Source of the DNA: Patescibacteria group bacterium
GTDB lineage: Bacteria; Patescibacteriota; Patescibacteriia; 2-01-FULL-39-33
Length of the DNA: 32,000 nucleotides
Direction of reading: 5' to 3'
Assembly (NCBI GenBank): GCA_041662745.1
Contig: JBAZRV010000004.1
Coordinates: 30,001 to 62,000, forward strand
Below are positions 27,127 to 32,000 of this stretch, piece by piece. Position numbers and translations under genes: made by a program. How positions within the stretch are numbered: position 1 is the first letter of the stretch; each line of letters opens with the position of its first letter. Below the pieces are notes generated by a model. The model searched no databases. It had not been told where the DNA came from and saw only the letters and a list, made by a program, of their open reading frames with translations.

Positions 27127-27180
27127 AGAATCACGACGAGAAAGGTTCTCTAAGGGTTTCGTCCCGACGAGAGCCTTTTT
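27127..27180 (+). ncRNA. Candidate ~55-nt small RNA (consensus promoter to intrinsic terminator)
   Basis: The predicted TSS is about 27127. A two-tier hairpin follows: outer stem aaaggttctc (27141-27150) pairs with gagagccttt (27169-27178), and inner stem ggg (27154-27156) pairs with ccc (27163-27165). A T5 run ends at 27180. There is no ORF and I recognise no family. Confidence 0.35.
27141..27180. terminator. Bidirectional hairpin terminator (NYN gene on the minus strand, candidate sRNA on the plus strand)
   Basis: This is the same hairpin as in the sRNA candidate. On the minus strand it is followed by tttctcgtc, and on the plus strand by ttttt. Confidence 0.6.
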
Positions 27181-27716
27181 CATTTGTGTTTATTTTTATA
27201 CTCCAACTTACCTTTCAAAACATTCAAAAAAATCAAGATATTATTTGCCGGAGAACTTAAGCGATCCAAAAGACAAGAATAATTATTTTGATTCGGAATT
27301 AACACTCTCTTGAGTTTTGCGTTATTGATCAGATATTCTACCAAACAATAAAAATCACCATCACCGGAGACAATAATGGCCTTGTCATAATTAGAGTGTT
27401 CAATCATAGTATGCAATACCAATTCGGCATCTACATTACCCTTAACCGTACCATCGGCTAATTCCAGCGTCGGTTTAAACACGCAAATATAGCCATACTC
27501 CTGTAATTTTGTATACATCGCTTGATTGCCGGGTTTAAAGCCAATGAACAGGAAGGCCTTTTCAATGCCATATTTATCCTTAAGATAAACCCTGAATCTT
27601 CTATAATCAAGTTGCCAGCCGGAATAAATTTTCCGGTCTTTTTTATAAATGTCTTTTGACAAGCTTTGATATAAATTATTGCTGTCAATAAAAGCGTAAT
27701 TTTTTTCTTGCGGCAT
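27180..27716 (-). CDS. NYN/LabA-like (PIN-related) putative ribonuclease, 20 nt downstream of the DGR RT
   Basis: AFIDSNNLYQS at the N-terminus, with GNVDAELV and IIVSGDGDFYCLVEYL, fits the NYN (DUF88/LabA) acidic-residue pattern. Confidence 0.7.
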   Translation of the reverse strand: MPQEKNYAFIDSNNLYQSLSKDIYKKDRKIYSGWQLDYRRFRVYLKDKYGIEKAFLFIGFKPGNQAMYTKLQEYGYICVFKPTLELADGTVKGNVDAELVLHTMIEHSNYDKAIIVSGDGDFYCLVEYLINNAKLKRVLIPNQNNYSCLLDRLSSPANNILIFLNVLKGKLEYKNKHK

Positions 27717-27736
27717 ATTATTTTATATAGATAATC

Positions 27737-28795
27737 TTAGCAAGTATAAGCCAAATTAGCAATTTTTCGTTGTAACTTATAGCTCTGGCCGTGACTCAAT
27801 AAACCCAAATATGAATTTATGGTCTCCAAACTATGGTTTCCTCTCACTCGCCTGAACATTCTTCTTTTACTCGTCGTCCGAAACACCCGATGGTCAAAAA
27901 AAGTCACCCAGCCAAGAAAGTCCAAACCGGAGTTCAGGGTTTTAATGAATAACTTATCAGGATGAAGCATCAGCTTCATTTTATCTCTCAAATATTCATC
28001 AATTATTGGAATAATATTTTCCAAATATTCTTTATCGTCAGCCATAATCACGAAATCATCGGCATAACGGATATAATGCTTGACTTGCAATTTATGTTTG
28101 ACGAATTGATCAAACTTGTTCATGTAAATATTAACCAAGAGTTGTGAGGTCAGATTGCCTAATGGCAGACCCCTACCACCGCCATTATTCCCACTCTCCC
28201 TCTTGTCATTCCCGCGGAGACGGGAATCCAGGTTATCTTCAATATTATCAAAACTGTCAATTACTTCATCCAATAATCCTAAAATACTTTTATCCGGGAT
28301 ATACTCGGCCAGAATCTCTTTCAATATCCTATGGTCAATATTGGCAAAAAATTTCCTGATGTCACCCTTCAAAATCCAGCAAGTGCGGGTATTATTTTTG
28401 CTGGCGGCATAAGCGAATTCCCTGAACCGAGCCAGGGCCTTGTGCGTGCCCTTGCCCAGTCGGCAAGAATAGGAATCGGCAATGAAAGTCCGATCAAAAA
28501 ACGGATACAAAATCCGATAAATCGCATGGTGAACCAATCTATCGCGGACAGACGCCTTATGAATTTGCCGCGGTTTGGGATCGCAGATCTTAAAGGCCTG
28601 GTAGCCGCCGTGGCGATAAACACCGGTTGCCAAATACCGATGCAATGCGATAAGATTATCCATGAGGCGCAATTGGAATTCCTGCGCGTCTTTTCTGCCC
28701 CTTTTGCCCCTGACAAATTCCTGCCAAGCCAATAATAAATTATCAAGACAAATAATATCTTCAAAAGTATGGCTCAATTTGATTTTCCCGTTCAT
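27737..28795 (-). CDS. DGR-type reverse transcriptase
   Basis: The motifs are LLLAWQEFVRGKRGRKD, GLPLGNLTSQLLVNIYMNKFD (the DGR-typical LGNxxSQ) and YIRYADDFVI (YADD). The start is set at MNGKIKLSHTFEDI (ATG 28795-28793) because AAAGGA lies 6 nt upstream. The track ORF starts at 28846 and would read the G10 run as GGG. Confidence 0.88.
   Translation of the reverse strand: MNGKIKLSHTFEDIICLDNLLLAWQEFVRGKRGRKDAQEFQLRLMDNLIALHRYLATGVYRHGGYQAFKICDPKPRQIHKASVRDRLVHHAIYRILYPFFDRTFIADSYSCRLGKGTHKALARFREFAYAASKNNTRTCWILKGDIRKFFANIDHRILKEILAEYIPDKSILGLLDEVIDSFDNIEDNLDSRLRGNDKRESGNNGGGRGLPLGNLTSQLLVNIYMNKFDQFVKHKLQVKHYIRYADDFVIMADDKEYLENIIPIIDEYLRDKMKLMLHPDKLFIKTLNSGLDFLGWVTFFDHRVFRTTSKRRMFRRVRGNHSLETINSYLGLLSHGQSYKLQRKIANLAYTC
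28203..28234. repeat. Palindromic repeat unit embedded in-frame in the RT gene
   Basis: ttgtcattcccgcg gaga cgggaatccaggtt. Arms attcccg (28208-28214) and cgggaat (28221-28227) are complementary. The unit is translated on the minus strand as NLDSRLRGNDK. Both 14-nt ends are identical to those of the copy at 16986-17038. Confidence 0.8.
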
Positions 28796-29183
28796 AATAA
28801 TTCCTTTAATTACCCCCCCCCCGACGGAAGATTTATCAATCATCAAAAAACTCGTTGAGACCTTTAAGCTCTGGCACGGCTATGTAAAGCATTTCCCCAA
28901 AACCTCCCGCTATTCGTTGGGCGGAAAAATAGACGGCCTGTTTTCTGATCTGATTGAATCGGCATACACCGCCGGCTATCTGCCCCAAACGGAAAAACTG
29001 CCGTTCATAGAAAAATCCATCGACAAACTGAATTTGCTTAATTTTTTTATGCAAATCGCCTGGGAGCTGAAGGCGTTTGACAACAACAAATACAAAAATA
29101 TTTCCTTATTGCTTAATGAAATCGGCCGAATGCTGGGCGGCTGGCGCAAACGGATAAAAAAAGAAACTTCCGCCCCAAAATAA
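28779..29183 (+). CDS. avd: Avd-like four-helix-bundle protein (23S rRNA IVS protein family); start codon uncertain
   Basis: KKLVETFKLWHGYVKHFPKTSRYSLGGKIDGLFSDLIESAYTA...LNLLNFFMQIAWELKAF...LLLNEIGRMLGGW is the helical-bundle pattern of Avd/IVS proteins. There is no in-frame ATG, GTG or TTG between 28782 and about 28915. TTG 28779 is the nearest canonical start. The homologous core begins around 28836. The gene lies on the strand opposite to the RT, TR and target. Confidence 0.65.
   Translation: MIFPFIIIPLITPPPTEDLSIIKKLVETFKLWHGYVKHFPKTSRYSLGGKIDGLFSDLIESAYTAGYLPQTEKLPFIEKSIDKLNLLNFFMQIAWELKAFDNNKYKNISLLLNEIGRMLGGWRKRIKKETSAPK
28813..28822. repeat. C10/G10 homopolymer in the divergent RT/Avd start region
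   Basis: Ten consecutive C on the plus strand (tacccccccccccgacgg). Confidence 0.95.
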
Positions 29184-29194
29184 CCGGGCGGAAG
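29167..29194 (-). terminator. Strong hairpin with a U-tract immediately 3' of the TR (minus sense); also spans the avd stop codon
   Basis: A 9-bp GC-rich stem: cttccgccc (29167-29175) pairs with gggcggaag (29186-29194) around a 10-nt loop. On the minus strand it is followed by tttctttttttatcc. There is no T-run on the plus strand. Confidence 0.65.
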
Positions 29195-29203
29195 AATGGA
29201 GAG

Positions 29204-29337
29204 ATTTGCGGAAACAAACGCGAAACGGTTGTCGCTATTGTAGAAATTGTCAGGCCTGCCATTGTTGGCATTAAGCCACGGCTCATCGTCATTACGTTTG
29301 ACGTTGAACACATTCGGGTTGCCGTCCGAGTCGGTTA
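29204..29337 (-). repeat. DGR template repeat (TR)
   Basis: 134 bp, non-coding-looking. It matches 29666-29799 without gaps, and all 26 mismatches fall on TR adenines (minus strand). In the equivalent frame it is rich in AAC/AAT codons (EPWLNANNGRPDNFYNSDNRFAFVSAN). Confidence 0.92.
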
Positions 29338-29656
29338 AATGTCCAAAACGCCGCCAAAACCACCGCCCCTTGATCCGCCGGCTGACGGACTCTCGGGACT
29401 GAATCTTATCCGTGAGCTAAACTCACTTAGCGCCTTAGACCAAGTATCTTCATTTTTAGCAATTATAATTGATACTGGCAAAAGGCGTGCCCGTTGCCAC
29501 TCCGCAAATTATAATTGCAGAATTCGATCATCCGAAGCCGTAACCGCAGATATGTCAATCTACTATCCTAAATATATTTTAACAAACAAAAATAAAAATA
29601 AAAAGGAATTAAGGGTTTAAGGATTAAAGAATAACAATACTTAAGATTTTAAGGAT

Positions 29657-31552
29657 TTAAGTGTTACTTGCGGAAACAAACGCGAAACGGCTGACGCCAT
29701 AGTAGAAACGGCCAGGCCCGCCACAGTAGGCACCAAGCCACGGCTCACCGCCACTACGCTCGACGTCGAACACACTCGGGTCGCCGCCCGAGCCGGAAAT
29801 TGGTTCCATACCGATTAAAATCCATTCGCCCAGCGGTTGGTCAGTATATTGTAAACGAAGCTGGGGGCCGGTTTCCGGCGGGCAGAATTCTAAGCCGAGT
29901 TTCTTGGCTTGTTCGTAAATATCCTTGAGCTTGGCGCCGCCTTTGAAACCCAAATCCGCAACAGCCAAGATAATTAACTTTTCTTTGGTTTCTTTTTTGG
30001 CCACGGCAAATTCCGGCTTGCCCATTATGTCTTTGGCCCAATCACTGGTCTGCCCGCCTTTTTTCTCTATGGCTTTAATGAAATCATCTTTGGTTTTTAG
30101 TCCGGTGCCCAGTTCAATGGTTTTCTGTTTGATTCGGCCCTCGGGGAATTCAGTGTAAATATGTTCCAGGTTTGAGGGCAATAGTTTGAAGATGTTGAGG
30201 AATAATTCGCCGACATAGACCTTAATGTCTTTTTCTTGTTTAAGCGCTTGCTCTAATTCCTGTTTGTTGTGGATAATCTGGCTCGGTTTGCAGTCAAAAA
30301 TTACGAGCATGTCGGCATTCTTGTCCCGTTGACCCCGCAGTTCTTTGATGCGCGGATCTTTCTGGTAGCCAAAGCCCTCAATCGGCGAATTTATTTCGTA
30401 AAGGAAGATGAGATCTTCTTTGTCTAATGACTTACCTTGCCGGATTTTCTTATCCAGAGCGGTTAAGCGGCTCATGTCCTGCGATTTCTTCTCGTAGCTC
30501 TCATGTCCGGGCAGAGTTCTGGCTTTATCTTGGGCGATATCCACTAAAGCCGGTTCAAGATTTTGTTCCGCATTAATACCCCCAATTTCAGCTATTTGAT
30601 CATTCTGCATTCTGATGGCGATGCGGGGAATCTTAGGTTGGCCTTGATCATTATTGCTGTAATACACATAAAAATCGCCTTCTTTTAATTGCGCCTGGGC
30701 CGTGCTTTCTCCGGCCGTGCACCAGCCCGTGCCGTGGCCTTGGAGTGACTGGCATAGTTTTTGGTAGTCGTCGCCTTGATCGTATTTGACCCATTGGCCC
30801 TGGATATTTTCCTTTTGCTCTTGGCTGGCGGGGGTAACTTTTTCAATGGCATAGGCGTAAAGCTTGGCGAAATTGGCGCCTTCCAGTATTTTGCCCAGTT
30901 CTGCATTGATTGGCGAAGACGCGTTATCCACACCATGCCGTTTATTGACAATATCCAAAACCAAAGCCAAGGCCTCGCGGTTAAGATCGGGAAAAACGCC
31001 CCGAGTGAATTGGCTGCGTTTTTTGAATTCGTGCTTCTGCTTATCAAATTCAGCCAGGCCAGTCACGGAACGAAGGGCAAAATACTTGAGCCAAGTCGGA
31101 TACATGGCATCTTCCGACGACAGGTAATCAAACCAGTTGCTTAAGCCGGCCTCCTGGTCTTTGACCGCGGATTCCAAAATCTGCTCCTGCATTTCCCGGG
31201 TTACTTCAATATCGCCATGGCCTTGTTCGCGGGCGACGCGCTTGTCCAAATCAAAAAAATTACCCGGTAAATCGTCAATGGTTTTATGGCGCAAGGGAAT
31301 GGCCGAATCTAGGATTTTATTCTTAAGGTAATCCAACCTGAATTCCCTAAGATTTTGGCCCTTGAGATATTCCTCTTCCGGCGTAGAAAAAATTTCCTCC
31401 AAACGATCCAGGTAAGTGCCAAGTCGGCCTTCCGGAGTATTAGCGACTTTTTCGCCGACACGGATTTTTTTGCGCGCTGAAGCAGACGCCACTTCTGGAG
31501 TTTTTTGCAGATCTTCAAATTTATTATGGAGAAAACGTTCTGGGGAGGGCAT
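29657..31552 (-). CDS. DGR target (variable) protein, 631 aa, with the VR at its C-terminus and no obvious signal peptide
   Basis: A long ORF whose last 44 codons are the VR. The N-terminus MPSPERFLHNKFEDLQKTPEV is hydrophilic. I recognise no family in the first ~580 aa. Confidence 0.85.
   Translation of the reverse strand: MPSPERFLHNKFEDLQKTPEVASASARKKIRVGEKVANTPEGRLGTYLDRLEEIFSTPEEEYLKGQNLREFRLDYLKNKILDSAIPLRHKTIDDLPGNFFDLDKRVAREQGHGDIEVTREMQEQILESAVKDQEAGLSNWFDYLSSEDAMYPTWLKYFALRSVTGLAEFDKQKHEFKKRSQFTRGVFPDLNREALALVLDIVNKRHGVDNASSPINAELGKILEGANFAKLYAYAIEKVTPASQEQKENIQGQWVKYDQGDDYQKLCQSLQGHGTGWCTAGESTAQAQLKEGDFYVYYSNNDQGQPKIPRIAIRMQNDQIAEIGGINAEQNLEPALVDIAQDKARTLPGHESYEKKSQDMSRLTALDKKIRQGKSLDKEDLIFLYEINSPIEGFGYQKDPRIKELRGQRDKNADMLVIFDCKPSQIIHNKQELEQALKQEKDIKVYVGELFLNIFKLLPSNLEHIYTEFPEGRIKQKTIELGTGLKTKDDFIKAIEKKGGQTSDWAKDIMGKPEFAVAKKETKEKLIILAVADLGFKGGAKLKDIYEQAKKLGLEFCPPETGPQLRLQYTDQPLGEWILIGMEPISGSGGDPSVFDVERSGGEPWLGAYCGGPGRFYYGVSRFAFVSASNT
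29666..29799 (-). repeat. DGR variable repeat (VR), forming the C-terminal 44 codons of the target gene
   Basis: See the TR entry. It encodes SGSGGDPSVFDVERSGGEPWLGAYCGGPGRFYYGVSRFAFVSAS and ends two codons before the stop. Confidence 0.92.
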
Positions 31553-31558
31553 ACGGAT

Positions 31559-32000
31559 TTAACTAATTTTCTCTTTAACCCACTCCTTCAACTCCTCTAC
31601 TTTAATAAGTTCTTGCTTCATGGTGTCGCGGTTACGGACAGTAACAGTACCTTTTTCCAAAGTGTCAAAATCAACCGTAATGCAGTAAGGCGTGCCGATT
31701 TCATCCTGCCGGCGATAGCGTTTGCCCACATTGCCGTTATCGTCAAACTCGCATTTGAATTCGCTTTTCAGGCTAGCAAAAATCTCCCGCGCCTTGGCCA
31801 CCAATTCCGACTTATTCTTAAGCAAGGGAAAAATCGCCACCTTAACCGGCGCGATCCTGGCCGGAAACTTCAACACCACGCGGACATCATCGCCTTCAAG
31901 TTTTTCTTCGGTATAAGCGGCAGAGAGAGCTACGAGCACTGAGCGATCCAAACCGAAAGTCGGTTCCAAAACATGAGGCAAATATTTCCGGCCGGCCTGC
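31559..32000 (-). CDS. glyQS: Glycine--tRNA ligase (class II, alpha2 type), C-terminal anticodon-binding part; the gene continues beyond the window
   Basis: HVLEPTFGLDR...APVKVAIFPL...GKRYRRQDEIGTPYCITVDFDTLEKGTVTVRNRDTMKQ is the conserved GlyRS C-terminus. The frame stays open from 31981 to 32000, so the TTG start in the track ORF is internal. Confidence 0.9.
   Translation of the reverse strand, partial: QAGRKYLPHVLEPTFGLDRSVLVALSAAYTEEKLEGDDVRVVLKFPARIAPVKVAIFPLLKNKSELVAKAREIFASLKSEFKCEFDDNGNVGKRYRRQDEIGTPYCITVDFDTLEKGTVTVRNRDTMKQELIKVEELKEWVKEKIS

Noticed and set aside
28662-28778. ATG-initiated long version of the Avd ORF starting at 28662
   Set aside because: The first ~40 codons overlap the conserved N-terminal coding region of the RT on the opposite strand and have no bundle-like sequence. 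The start remains uncertain, as described in the avd finding.
28976-29311. 111-aa minus-strand ORF (MFNVKRNDDEPWLNANNGRPDNFYNSDNRFAFVSAN...)
   Set aside because: It is simply the TR read in the VR-equivalent frame and continues through the terminator hairpin. It is not an independent gene.
29339-29620. 93-aa plus-strand ORF in the VR-TR spacer
   Set aside because: The sequence is Pro-rich and low-complexity, has no RBS or motif, and lies antisense to the DGR transcription direction in a region full of hairpins.

Overview
Everything here comes from reading the sequence and ORF track by hand. No database search was run, and all counts are manual. The window looks like a small-genome, CPR/Patescibacteria-style bacterial chromosome using the standard genetic code; that taxonomic guess is inferred from gene content and repeat style only.

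Layout:
- **1-4375:** the N-terminal ~1458 codons of a giant Cys-rich secreted protein on the minus strand. The ORF track misses it because it has no in-window stop. An anchored Asp-repeat protein follows.
- **5.6-18.1 kb:** housekeeping genes rsmA, an MFS transporter, a FemAB-like gene, der, pth, dprA, topA, a short Rel/SpoT, and parB and parA. A cluster of nested palindromic repeats splits parB from parA.
- **About 18.3-24.1 kb:** an island that looks AT-richer by eye, bracketed by tRNA genes. It holds a Panacea/DUF4065 antitoxin-like gene tightly coupled to an unknown 130-aa partner, a 669-aa B12-binding radical SAM protein followed by a truncated NYN gene, and a large serine recombinase. 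It also holds tRNA-fMet, tRNA-Leu(CAA), and a 79-aa GIY-YIG gene sitting between the intact tRNA-Leu and an orphan copy of its 5' half.
- **24.2-27.0 kb:** a membrane protein, a GT4 glycosyltransferase and an M16 peptidase.
- **27.1-31.6 kb:** a complete diversity-generating retroelement (DGR). It has an RT, an Avd-like four-helix-bundle gene in inverted orientation, and a 134-bp TR/VR pair whose 26 mismatches all fall on TR adenines. Its 631-aa target has no signal peptide and starts 6 nt after glyQS. An NYN gene lies just downstream of the RT.
- **31559-32000:** the 3' end of glyQS.

The DGR and its unusual architecture are the strongest signal. The tRNA-Leu/GIY-YIG cassette and the Panacea pair come next.
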